From NCBI GenBank assembly GCA_002633005.1, contig NMRA01000127.1, positions 442,438 through 506,437 of the forward strand: a stretch of 64,000 nt of DNA. The letters run 5' to 3'. The translations under genes and the position numbers were made by a program. Below the pieces are notes generated by a model, which made no database searches, had not been told where the DNA came from, and saw only the letters and a program-made list of their open reading frames with translations. This stretch comes from Phoronis australis. Its lineage: Eukaryota > Animalia > Phoronida. Below are positions 50,101-62,480 of the stretch, piece by piece (within the stretch, counting starts at the first letter, position 1; each line of letters opens with the position of its first letter).

Positions 50101-52560
50101 CATAGTGTTGTTGAATTGTAAGGGGATTTTTATTTGGTAGCATTTTTGCGGCAGGACTGCACTTTCATTGCAACAGACACAAAGTTCATAGCACGGACCG
50201 CCCACCAAGTGCACAACATTGTGCCTGTGCACTCAAGATCTTGGAACCAGAAAAACATGTTTTTACACTCTCCGACTTCATGACTTCCTCCTGCTGATGC
50301 TTGGAGAAGGCCTGTACCCACGTCATTCTCAAAGTCGCACATAATAAAAAAGCCAACCAATGAGGCCGTTTTGTGAAATAAATTCCCGTTTTGGCAGCAG
50401 TAGTTTTGTGATTTCATAACCTTTACTATGGTAGAGCCATCACTTGATGATGTGACGGTGTGTGCAGGCCTCTTGTGAGAAGAGTTGGCACGGTACTCGA
50501 CTGATTGCCTGCTGCAGTGTTAACTCAAGCTTCCAAGCAACCTGACCACTGTTGCTATAAATCTTGTATGCTTTATTGTTGATCAAAACATGCTCTGTGT
50601 CAGCTGATTGTTGTACAATAATGCTTACTCCCTGGCACAACTTGAATGCATTTAGCTGTGCACAAAAAAGAGTGTGGTTGGTCTTAATGTTAGCTTCAGT
50701 GATTTAGTCCGACTATTTGTTATTTTACACAAGTCATTAAGCAGCTCTAAAGGTTTAGAGTGAAAGTAGGAGACACGTTATTCCTTGTATTTACTTCTTT
50801 TGTGTGGCACCATGTAGAGGAAAGTTTTATGCGTAGGTTTTTCGCCTTTGAAAGAATTGTCGTGTGATCATGAGTCAATAAAGTGTAATTTGTGCTGAGT
50901 CAAGTGGTATTGTAACAGTTCTGCAAGGAGTCACATGGTCAGGCATCTCAACAGGTAGGCAACACCGTCACCTTGGATAGTTAGTTATGATTTCTCATAT
51001 TTCATATGGGTCGGATATCAAAATTCATCAATTCAAAAATGATATTTCTTATCAGCATCCTCAAGACGTGGACATTAGATGTGGTCAACAAATGGGCAAT
51101 AGTCTTGCAGGGGCAAGTGGCTATTTCTGACAAATGTTATCCTCTGGTGATCACAGGGCTTATGTTTGTGATATTCGCTGTTATTTGGGAAGCATATCTT
51201 ATGCGAGCTGGAAGAAAACTGTATTTGCAATGCCCAACTTAGCAGATTAAATAAAGAATGGGTTAAAATTCAGGTACCTGATCGATTTAGAGTAGATATG
51301 CACATAGCACGATGCCAAATTTGGATTCTCTTTGACTTTGCAATAATGCATTTGCAATGGTCACATGATGGGCGTTTACACTAATCAAGTGGATTTATCT
51401 ATTACTCATGCTTGTTTTTGTTACTAACAACTCAAAAAGTTCATTGTATTCAATTCAGTTTGAAAATCTTTGGTGACACACTCTCACTGAATGATCACTA
51501 CTTGAGGAAATTATTTGTTAGCTGGCCTTCAGTATCCCTGGTTTTATGAATGTCTCGGTGAACATGAAACTGGAATAGTCACATTACAGAGTGCAAATAC
51601 CACAAGAATTAGGTTGGGCTGAGAGGTCAAAATCTGGTGTTCTGTATCAAGAGTTCGTCAAAGGTTTCTGTATTCTAAAACAATTGAGTGCCTTGGACAT
51701 CAGGTTGTTTTCAGTTACTGAAATGAATAGTTGATTGGCTTTGGCCCTGGTACTTTTTATTCAACCAATCACCAGTTGGTATTTTCAACCTAATTAACTG
51801 CCTTGTGTATGGCACTTTATGGGCACTTGACCCTTGGTTACAGTAAAATCGCACTGATTTCGAACAAAAAGTAATTTCCAGAACTGCTCTTTTTCATTGT
51901 TCAGCATACGAATAAATATTTCTGTGGTGGTTCTCATTGTTTATAAAAATTGAGAAAATAAAATTCCACTTTGCCTCCATTTTGTGTCCTAAATAAGAAA
52001 TTCCAAAATAACCAAAGTAATTGTTGGAACTGACCTTTTTTCATTTTTTACCGTCTTCTAGTGTTGTCATGAATGTTCACATTTTTCCAAAACAGTCTTT
52101 TAATTGTAGTTAAGGAACAGATCTTTCAATTGGTGAAGCATCACTTTGGAGCTACAAATTGAGAAAACAAACTTCATTTGTCTGCTATATATTGGTGAAA
52201 TTCTACCAGGACGTGGTCCTTGCAAGTGAAGAAAGTTTTTGTGTATTATTGGATCTTCATCAGTCTGTTTGAATCTTGAGTGCTTCACTAAGGAAATGAC
52301 TTGCTTTAAGATACTTATACCCCGGCTCTGAAACCCTGTGTTGCTTTTAAATCTGGCTTTTCCTTTTTCATAGCTTCTATTACGCGAAGGTTTTGATAAC
52401 ATTTAAAGAATTAGAACTTACCCAAGTCATGTTACAATGCCCGTTGGTGAAATTATAGTCAAGGTTAGGAGGTTAGGAGTGTGGAAGGAATGATGCATCA
52501 AAATAGGAAGCATCAGATGAATAAGTAGAATCAGAAATCCATTTGCCACCACCATGGCTC

Positions 52561-52662
52561 GAATTGGAGTTGCATTTGAATTGGAGTTGCATTTGAATTG
52601 GAGTTGCATTTGAATTGGAGTTGCATTTGAATTGGAGTTGCATTTGAATTGGAGTTGCATTT
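52561..52662. repeat. Perfect 17-bp minisatellite x6 (GAATTGGAGTTGCATTT)
   Basis: 102 nt made of six identical units with no spacers. Confidence 0.97.
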
Positions 52663-53324
52663 CTAAGGTTGGGTTCATTTGTGCAAGCTCTGCCTCTCCA
52701 TGTTTATTTGGCCTTCCACCATATGAACATGATTTCCATATGGTACAGAGACAACCCAATTGTACAGTATTACATAATGTTAGGTCACAACAGCTGTACA
52801 TTCACTGTTGCCCTAGCAGGTTGCCTGTCCAGTCTGCTTTGGTCAGAACTTAGCTGCCCCACAACCAGTTCTCTGACCTGTTGTGCATTATGTAATAATC
52901 TCTCTGAATTTTATTTCTGAGGTGTTATTGAACTTCCTAAATCCAATACTGTGGTGAGAAGTGCCTGGCGATTATTCAATTGCTTGTTAATATCCAGCCA
53001 AATAATTGTTTGTAGAAATTTTCCTTGGGAATGTTTAGTTAAGTCTCACTTTCCGCATTCATCGCTCTCCCATGCCGTGAGGTACGAAATGGCACTCCTC
53101 CTATGAAGATTCGTATGTTAGCATCTGTTGTCTGAATGCTTTGTATTTTTACATCATATTTAAGTCATGCCGGGGAAAGTATTACTGCCGTGACGTGGGC
53201 TGCAATGCCGATTTAAGGAAGTAGGATAAGCTGGATAAAATATCCATAGATGCGGGATGTCACATTTCACCCCCTCCCGACGGTTCTGAAGGACGAAGCG
53301 TGTCGTGCAGACTGCGCCGCTGTT

Positions 53325-53388
53325 AAAAAAGAGTGCAGGTGGCCTGATGTATTTTGTGGTACCTCAGGCGTGTTTAGGCCAAAAGGCT
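53325..53388 (+). repeat. Dispersed repeat fragment homologous to 23440-23508, within a GC/CpG-richer block (~53170-53440)
   Basis: Colinear similarity with 23440-23508. The family was not identified. Confidence 0.55.
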
Positions 53389-56300
53389 TGATTATGTCTC
53401 ATGCCCCCCCCCCTCGACATCATCGGTTTCCTCGTGGGTAAAATCGTCCAATCTACCGTTTGTTTTAAAAAGAAAGAAAGTCTATTAAACCTGAATGAAC
53501 TAAAACAACGCCACTGTTGTGCAATCAATATAATCTTACCTCACGACCGAGAAAAGCTGCAGTGCGGAATACAGGAATTGACAGCATTAGGTTGGAGTGA
53601 TTTATAACTTTGGTTATAATGTCAGTAGAGTTAGTTGTAATGTTAGTGTTGGGTTTTTGCAGTTTGCTTAAATGGCATTGTGAATAGTCTACCTATAGAA
53701 AACACGATTAAATTTCCAATCATTTTCTAGTTTAAAGAAACTGTTGATTCATACGTCAATATTAAAACAAATCGAGCTCTTCTTGTTTTTGCCGTTTTTG
53801 TTTATACGTTGCACGGTGAATCGGCTGACACTATGTGATTGGACAGTTGGAAAGCACTTACGGTATTTGGTGAAATTAGTCTTGTATGAAAAAATTACTG
53901 TACTTGAAGATGGAATTTACATAACGTTGTGAACCAACAGATGTCATTGCCTAGCATATCATCAGTTTACTTTATTTGTGCGGGTTAATGTGGAGGGCGA
54001 TCAAATCAAGAAGCTCAATTATCAAGTTGGCCATTAAGCCTAGCATGAATATTTACGGTAAAACAAAATGGGCACTTACATGTAAACTACACTTATAGTA
54101 AACAGCGTAAATGTAGTTCATGTAGTTACAATGAATGAGCGAGAGATTTGTTGGTGTCGAGTAATGCAACGATTAATTTTCATTGGGTGCTGACTTTAAT
54201 TGGCTGAGCACTTAGCTCACCTGACATGTTACACTGTCATACCACCTGGTGTCAATTACCTGTTGTGTGAGCTACCCCATAAAGTTGAGACTGGCCTGGC
54301 ATTAACTGTGATTTCCGTGCAACCAGTTACCAAAGCTCTGTGCAGTTATTAATATCTCTAGGGTTAAGCTGTGCATCTGGGCTTGTTTAAAGCTAAAGGA
54401 TACTGTCCTACACTAGTGCTGTTGATATTTTTGGATGTTCATGTTGCTAATATCGGCACTCAACCAGAAAGGACCGAGAATGCACTGTTGCAATATTAGG
54501 CTGCCTTGCTTTCAGCTGTGCTAGTAGAGCACAAAATTAGTCAAATAAGCAAACTAGAGAGAGATGGTGACTTTTTACATGGGGAAATGAAATTTCTCCA
54601 AGTGTGTTACTTGGTTGTGAATTTTTTTGTACACACACTACATGTTGCATTTGTCGTCCAATTGACATGAAATTCCCCACACAACTTGTATAGCTCCTTA
54701 AAATCTCATGGTCTATTGAGTACTCAAAAACTTCCCACAATCCATTGGAATCATCCAACAGTGCCCAAATGACCTATGGGAACTGTCCATCAGTTTCTTT
54801 TCTATTATTTACCAACGGTCTGTTTGTTGATAAACAAACACGCCATTTTCAAGTCCTTATCGAGTTTGTACAATTCAGGGCTACTGAAGACAGGTCTGTG
54901 AATACTCAGGTGCTTGTGTTTAATTAACGAGTTACGCTCTATACAGATATTGGTCTTGATTACGAAGGTTAGCAAAAGGGATAGCCACATGGACTGTTCA
55001 CTTTCATTTCAACCAGAGTTCAACAACATTTTCCATTCATGGCTAACCTTGTCTAGTGTCAACTGCTTCTAACTACCCTACTGTTGAAGTATTATTGGTG
55101 CAAGAGTCTCCATTATTACATTGGTTGTATAGGCTATAATTTGCACTGCTGTGAAATGGTGCACACCTCTCCTTTGTGTTGACACAATGTATCTACCCAG
55201 CTCACTAATCCCCTGCTGTAGTTAGTTCACCAGCCTGCATGGTCAACTGGCCATGGCTGCCTTCTCCTTATCCTACACTGTGTCTATATGAGGGTCTTGT
55301 TTGCTTTAGACAACAAATCAACAGCTTGACAATGGGTGGGGGCTGTGTAGTAGCACTCAATACCCTTCAGGCATCTCCCTGTCAAGGATAGATTGGGGAT
55401 TTTGGTGGTTGGCACCAAGGACTGAGCTATGATAGTATTTTTTCAGTTCAACTTCAAACATTTCTAGTTTTTCATAAATTAAGCTACTGTCCCAATGTGT
55501 TGAGAGCCTGTAAATGAATTCTTAATATCATAAAATTTTAATCTGCTGCAGTCAACTCATTACGATACAGATTTCTTTTAAATATTCAAAGTTCAGCGAT
55601 TCAATATTTGGTGCTTGCTATCCAACTGGGTATTCTTGCATTTTTTCACCTTGAATTAAACTTTGTTGCCACAAATCAAGCCAGTTAATAAGCTAAGTTT
55701 ACAGTTCTGAGTGTTGGTTAGGATGCATAGGATTGAACAGGTGAGAGTCTTATTGAAAGTGATCACGATGGTTGCATCTATTTGCTGTTTAACATATTGG
55801 TTCACAGTCTAAACATCACTTAATTACTTTTGTTTTAATGGTGACCACCTCTGTCAGATGCATACATTAACATAATAACCACGTGTTTTCCATTGGCAGA
55901 GTCAAGATGTTTTAATCAATATCCACACTGTGGCTTCCAGCTTAGAGCTCACTGCTTTGCGGTGTTTTCTCTATGCTCTGTCCAGGGCTCAACACATCCA
56001 TTCTCTGCTACTGCCTTTATCCACTGTCGGGGGCTCAGCACAGTGGATGCATGTGTTGTTCCTAGCATAAAGCAATTGGAGCTAATAGGTGTGCATTGAA
56101 CACATATTGTGGCTGGGATCACTTTGTGAGTCTGTACACTGCTACTCTATGAATGGACACCACTTTGTGTTCCACTGTGTGTTTGTGTAACTGTCTGAGG
56201 TCTGAGGTTACACTGTCTCATGGACCAGTTTCAACACTGGGTTATGTGAGAAGCATTTACAACAGATTTACATACAGGACATGTCCATTGGAATACCCAG

Positions 56301-56415
56301 TCTACCCAAAAATAACCCATAATTCCTGTGTTTAGGCCCAGCTGAGTAGGTTTGTGTTTTAACAAAATTTTTCGTAAACTATAAACGTGTCCAGGTAGGT
56401 TTCAAATTTTGACCA

Positions 56416-57988
56416 TCTTCCGCAAAAACAGTAGTGTTACTGTTGAAATTGCCAATCATAGAATGGAGTGTTGAGATTGCCAACCATAGGATCGAGATTT
56501 TATGAAGAAAAATTGCTTCTGGAAGTGGATATTATCTGTTTTTAAGCAGCGGATCGGAGAAATGGCTCGCTTTCATGCAGAACGGATCTTCGACGATAAT
56601 TGGCTTGTTAGATGCTATTTTAGTATGATGTATAATTTAAGAAAAAAATGGGGAACTGAAATTTACCCGGTCCGTCATTGTTTGTGCTCAGTTAGTAATA
56701 CTTTAGTGCACTTTCACGTGTGCACACAAGGTGGTCGCACTGTTTTGGTTACGTTGCCGTTGAGTGAAATGTCCTTCAACTTGAAGCAAACTTCATTCGC
56801 TGACTTTGAATGCAGTCAACATACCTCTTAGTCTCGATGTAACAGTGGTGGATGGGTGGAAGTGGTCACATGTTCAGGCTACTGCTCAGCCTTGCAAATA
56901 CTTTTCATGTCTGCTGGCTAGTTGGTCATGGTCGTAGTCGCACATTTTCCAACTTGTATCTAAATGTTGGCTTTGGATGTTGAAACTAGATTATGTATTT
57001 AGGTATTCATAGGTAATAACTGAGCGAGTGCTTACTTAAAACATGTGTTAAATGGCTGCTTTTAAGTAGTGCATTTGTCCTCTAAAATCTGCATACTTTC
57101 TGAAAAATTTGTAGAAAACTTCGAAGCAGTTTTGGTCGTACCCAGGTCTGGGGTGTCGCTATTTTCAGACGATTTGGTGATGGTGAATGGAGCAGTGATG
57201 GGAGATCCAAATGGCCTCAGTTGAATACTATTTTAGTGACCCAGAAACCAAAAAAGGGATCTATCCAACTTCAAGTGAAGCTGTAGTCAACCAACCATCT
57301 TGATTACCAGACAGCCTGGTTTTCTCAGTTGGTGGCCAGCCACTCAATGACTATGGTCCTCCCAGTTCTGGAACTTGTTAGTGGGTGCCCTGGCCGTGTA
57401 CAGCACCTAGCTAGATCCATATTGCCTGCCGAGTCACAACCAAGGCTCAAATTTGTTGAAAAACAATGTGTTGGTTTTGTGACATATCTCAGTGACAGTT
57501 TTTGGGGTCATGATCCATGTCAGAAAGTCATGTTGTTTTCAGACTGCATTGATTGTTGTATTCATCCCATGTCCGTGTGTGCCAGCAATGAGTTTACATT
57601 TAGGAAAGTAAGTCAGGTCAGTGAACTGACTTTGGTAGAAATACCGCAGTCACTTTCTTACAATTCATTGATCCACGCATGAAGGGCAGTCATATCATGG
57701 TCTTTATGGCAACTAGCTCTGTTGTCGGGGTTAACATTGGTTTCAAAATGGGCGTGCTGCCTGCGTGTTTGTGTCAGTGAATTATTGGTTGGAAACCAAA
57801 ATATACGCTGGAAAGATTTTGCTTCTTCGTTTCGTATTCATCACGATCGGCTGAATTTCTTAGAAACGTAAACAAACTGCAGTTGAAGTTGCGTTATCGT
57901 GCTTTGTTCCAAACTGGCATTGTAAATGGTCTTTCACAATACTTTTCTGAAATCGACCAACCTTGCTATCATAGAGATAATCTATCTT
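56416..57988 (+). repeat. About 1.57-kb direct duplication, copy 1
   Basis: Begins TCTTCCGCAAAAACAGTAGTG and ends GATAATCTATCTT, followed by a single N at 57989. Confidence 0.95.
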
Positions 57989-57989
57989 N

Positions 57990-59503
57990 TCTTCCGCAAA
58001 AACGGTAGTGTTATTGTTGAGATTGCCAATCATAGGATGGAGTGTTGAGATTGCCAACCATAGGATCGAGATTTTATGAAGAAAAATTGCTTCTCTTAAG
58101 TGGATATTATCTGTTTTTAAGCAGCGGATCGGAGAAATGGCTTGCTTTCATGCAGAACGGATCTTCGACGATAATTGGCTTGTTAGATGCTATTTTAGTA
58201 TGATGTATAATTTAAGAAAAAATGGGGAAATGAAATTTACCCGGTCCGCCATTGTTTGTGCTCAGTTAGTAATACTTTAGTGCACTTTCACGTGTGCACA
58301 CAAGGTGGTCGCACTGTTTTGGTTACGTTGCCATTGAGTGAAATGTCCTTCAACTTGGAGCAACCTTCATTCGTTGACTTTGAATGCAGTCAACATACCT
58401 CTTAGTCTCGATGTAACAGTGGTGGATGGGTGTAAGTGGTCACATGTTCAGGCAACTACTCGGCCTTGCAAATACTCTTCAGGTCTGCTGGCTAGTTGGT
58501 CATGGTCGTAGTCGCACATTTTCCAACTTGTATCTAAATATTGGCTTTGGATTTTGAAACTAAATTATGTATTTAGTTAAGCAGTGCATTTGTCCTCTAA
58601 AATCTGCATACTTTCAGAAAAATTTGTAGAAAACTTCGAAGCAGTTTTGGTCTTACCCAGGTCTGGGGTGTCGCTATTTTCAGACGACTTCGTGATGGTG
58701 AATGGAGCAGTGATGGGAGATCCAAATGGCCTCAGTTGAATACTATTTTAGTGACCCAGAAACCAAAAAAAGGATCTATCCAACTTCAAGTGAAGCTGTC
58801 GTCAACCAACCATCTTGATTACCAGACAGCCTGGTTTTCTCAGTTGGTGGCCAGCCACTCAATGACTATGGTCCTCCCAGTTCTGGAACTTGTTAGTGGG
58901 TGCCCTGGCCCTATACAGCACCTAGCTAGATCCATATTGCCTGCCGAGTCACAACCAACGCTCAAATTTGTTGAAAAACAATGTGTTGGTTTTGTGACAT
59001 ATCTCAGTGACAGTTTTTGGGGTCATGATCCATGTCAGAAAGTCATGTTGTTTTCAGACTGCATTGATTGTTGTATTCATCCCATGTCCGTGTGTGCCAG
59101 CAATGAGTTTACATTTAGGAAAGTAAGTCAGGTCAGTGAACTGACTTTGGTAGAAATACCGCAGTCACTTTCTTACAATTCATTGATCCACGCATGAAGG
59201 GCAGTCATATCATGGTCTTTATGGCAACTAGCTCTGTTGTCGGGGTTAACATTGGTTTCAAAATGGGCGTGCTGCCTGCGTGTTTGTGTCAGTGAATTAT
59301 TGGTTGGAAACCAAAATATACGCTGGAAAGATTTTGCTTCTTCGTTTCGTATTCATCACGATCGGCTGAATTTCTTAGAAACGTAAACAAACTGCAGTTG
59401 AAGTTGCGTTATCGTGCTTTGTTCCAAACTGGCATTGTAAATGGTCTTTCACAATACTTTTCTGAAATCGACCAACCTTGCTATCATAGAGATAATCTAT
59501 CTT
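57990..59503 (+). repeat. About 1.51-kb direct duplication, copy 2
   Basis: Near-identical to 56416-57988, with scattered substitutions and a ~58-bp deletion near 58576. Confidence 0.95.
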
Positions 59504-60089
59504 TCTTTTTTCCAACCATCACTGTGTCTTGCCCTCATCAATGTCATTTTTTCCCCGGTAAAACTGCAATTGTCCCGTGACGTCAAAGGCATTGTTCAAT
59601 TGCGGCAATGTTACCACACAAAAAGATGATATCATTCATATTACCCTACATTCTCCGTTTATGTAGCCATATATCTTTAATGCTGCCATGTCCTAACGAC
59701 TCTTTTACTGAATAACGTCCACTTAGTTAAGAAGTCAATGTCCTTAGTCTTTAATAACAAATTAACCCACATTTGCACGTCTGTCAAGTAGTTGACATGT
59801 CTTCCTATCCATTGTGTCAAGTCCCTGGGACTTGGACCATCCACGTCATAGTTGACAACCAACGAGCTCATCACGGGTATAAAATGCTTAGATTGGGGTC
59901 ACCATCTCTGTGCGGTCACCTCTGACGTAGGATATAAGCTCGCCTTTTAGATTGGTTTGGGATAGTGCAGAATCTCCGCCTAGAAATAGAACATTATATT
60001 TGCCTAGGCAGATAACCCGCTTTGGAACCTTGTGTTGAGATGCTTATACTCAAGTTTCATTGTGATGTTTTACCTATCATTTTATCAGA

Positions 60090-60138
60090 ATTGGTCCCAT
60101 ATTGGCCCCAATATTGGTCCCATATTGGCCCCATATTG
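60090..60138. repeat. 11-bp tandem repeat, about 4.5 copies (ATTGGYCCCAT)
   Basis: ATTGGTCCCAT ATTGGCCCCAAT ATTGGTCCCAT ATTGGCCCCAT ATTG. Confidence 0.9.
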
Positions 60139-61565
60139 CTCGATAATACATCTGGGTGAACAGTGTATTATTGGTTAATGGATGGAGTTGAGTTAGTTCT
60201 CTTGGTGGAACTCTGTATTAATTTCACCTTGTCAACTTTCATTGATTTATGTTCACCATTTGTAGTGGTTGTTTGTCCTATGAAGCTTAGTGGGTGTTAA
60301 ATTGTGGATGGGTGTAACCTTTTTCATTCTTTTCTTAACATAGCTGTTCATAGTTGAGGACACATTGTCCTGCTTTGTTCATAAACAATTTGCTATGCCT
60401 TATCTGTTCTACCACCTGGATATTTCTGTTGACAAAAATAGTTACAAGTTACACCTATCCAGTAGATTTGGTTTGAGAACCTGTTGACTTATTCCTGGAA
60501 AAAAGTTGATATTGATTTGATAAAATGGGCCTAGCGTGTTGTGTTAAATTTCTTGCACTTTCCTCTTGTTTGGGGCTGGTTAGCTGTGCATCACCAATTG
60601 ATCCTGGGTTAGGAACTGCAAATAAATCTTGTCAGTCATGGTGATCAATAATCAAGTTAATGATTTATTACAAACACAGCTCTCAATAGCCACCTCATTG
60701 TTGCCAACAAAACAACACTGTAATTGCTGCCATGTTTGTTTATGTTGGTATTAAGTCCGTTTCTATTTTCAAGCCGTAGTCATTTCCTGCAAGTGGTGGT
60801 TAAGTGAAATATCCTCGTCATATCACTGATTTCATCATATTTTGTGGAATTTTCCCAAGAATGTTTCTGTGAAATCGGTGGAGTCACTGAAAAGGTGTGT
60901 CAAGATATGTTCTGAAAGTTTTTTTCCCTCTGATATTAACATGATATGCTGTAAATTGCCAAAGCTTCAAAAATTTGTTTTTCTGCTGAACAAATCTGAC
61001 TATGAAATGACATTTTGTATACATTTTTTGTTGAAAAAATTTGACAAAAACGGAATTAGTCTTTCTTTCCGTATTGTCTCGCTATACGTTAAAGGTAAGA
61101 AAATTCCATTACGCGCACATTAAATCAAAAGAAATCTTGGATCTTTTCCACATACACTTAATTCCTGTACAAGGAAGCTGTCCACTTGCTATTGTTTAGC
61201 CTGGGAAATATTGATGAGATAACACATTTTGCTTAGGTTATGAATAATGTGAAATCCGCCCTTGATAGAGCTGTATACATAAAACATTTCCTTTCTTTAT
61301 ACGCAGCCTTGTGTTGTGTAATTGTGAGTTCAATTTTAGACCTAACTTTTTGAAAAAAAATTCATCGCTTCAGTTTTCGTTTTTGTTGCCTTCAACGTGT
61401 TTCATCTAGGCCGCGGAGAGTATGTTGTTTCTTGAGATTTGGCCTGTCTAGAATCACTTGTTTGTGTTGAGAAGAAAATGTGGTAGCCCTTCACATACAT
61501 TCCGCATGCAAATAATTTACAAAGTGGTCATTTTTCCATTTTTCAATGGCTTATTACCTTGTTGA

Positions 61566-61780
61566 GGAGACAGTGTGGCTCGGTGGTTTGAGCTCCTCGA
61601 AGCTCTTGTTTGGGAGACCTGGGTTCAAATCCTGTCATTTCTGGCAGACAGTCGAGCAATACAGAGCAATACACAAAAGCGTCTCCTACTCTTGAGATCG
61701 GTTTCACTGGTAAAGATATGTAAGGCAAAATGAGTGAGAACTGGACATGCCTGAAGGTGATTTCTGGGGCTGTGCAAATA
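61566..61780 (+). mobile_element. tRNA-derived SINE, copy 3
   Basis: A box TGGCTCGGTGG, B box GGTTCAAATCC, body AAAAGCGTCTCCTACT and tail GATTTCTGGGGCTGTGCAAA. Confidence 0.85.
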
Positions 61781-62135
61781 TTTTATTACCTCGCTGCAAA
61801 CGATGGAAATTTTACGAAATGTTGTCTTATGACATGTACACACAGTACGTACCATGGCAGAAAGTAGTGAAATACAACAATACACAATTTCACCTGTCGG
61901 CCATATTGCGTTCTGAATAAGTGAAGAATTCCCTTTGGTGTGTGTTCGCTGTGTTCTGTGTTGAGCCTTGTGGGAATGACGGAACACTGTTAATGGCAAT
62001 GTTCGGATAAACCCCGAAGGGAGGACCATTGAGTGGTTAAAAAATTTGTCTGAATAATTAGTAAGATTCAGATTGTAGCAAGCCCTTGACTGAGTATAGC
62101 GATTTACCGGTAACATTTTATAGATTGAGACCATT

Positions 62136-62480
62136 TTAGGTTATCTAGGACATTAAACGACCTCAACTCCAAGTCAAGTATTGAATATACTATGCTTTGT
62201 CGACCATTAAAAGTACATATTTTCTGAAAGGAGAAAGTTCAAGGATTCTACAAATATGTTTTTTACTACTGTGTATTTATTGTTGTAACGTGACCATGTT
62301 CTTAAGTCAAATTGTCATGTGCAAAGCTGGTACATTCGTAGCAAAATAACCTCATAGAAACTTAACGTTTTGTCTCAAATACGCTGTACGGAATTTTTGA
62401 TTATTCACTTAATTCGGGTTTTATACCAAGTTAACTCGCAAAAACACGAGGCATTTTTGTAAAAAAACGGCGGTGTCATT
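62136..62480 (+). mobile_element. Kolobok-like element, left portion (copy E)
   Basis: Starts TTAGGTTATCTAGGAC, which matches the reverse complement of the right ends of copies A-C. It contains AAAAGTACATATTTTCTGAAAG and TATACCAAGTTAACTCGCA. Confidence 0.5.

Noticed and set aside
55410-55430. GGCACCAAGGACTGAG resembling part of the Deu-SINE domain
   Set aside because: The match is too short and the flanking domain sequence is absent.
58736-59197. 153-aa ORF and its 117-aa twin at 57329-57682
   Set aside because: Non-ATG starts, no recognisable domain, and a stop in the other copy. The repetition is explained by the 1.5-kb duplication.
61566-61640. tRNA gene (also 33915-33987 and 35340-35413)
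   Set aside because: A and B boxes are present, but there is no closing acceptor stem, the anticodon arms are degenerate, and each continues into a shared non-tRNA body. These are SINE heads.
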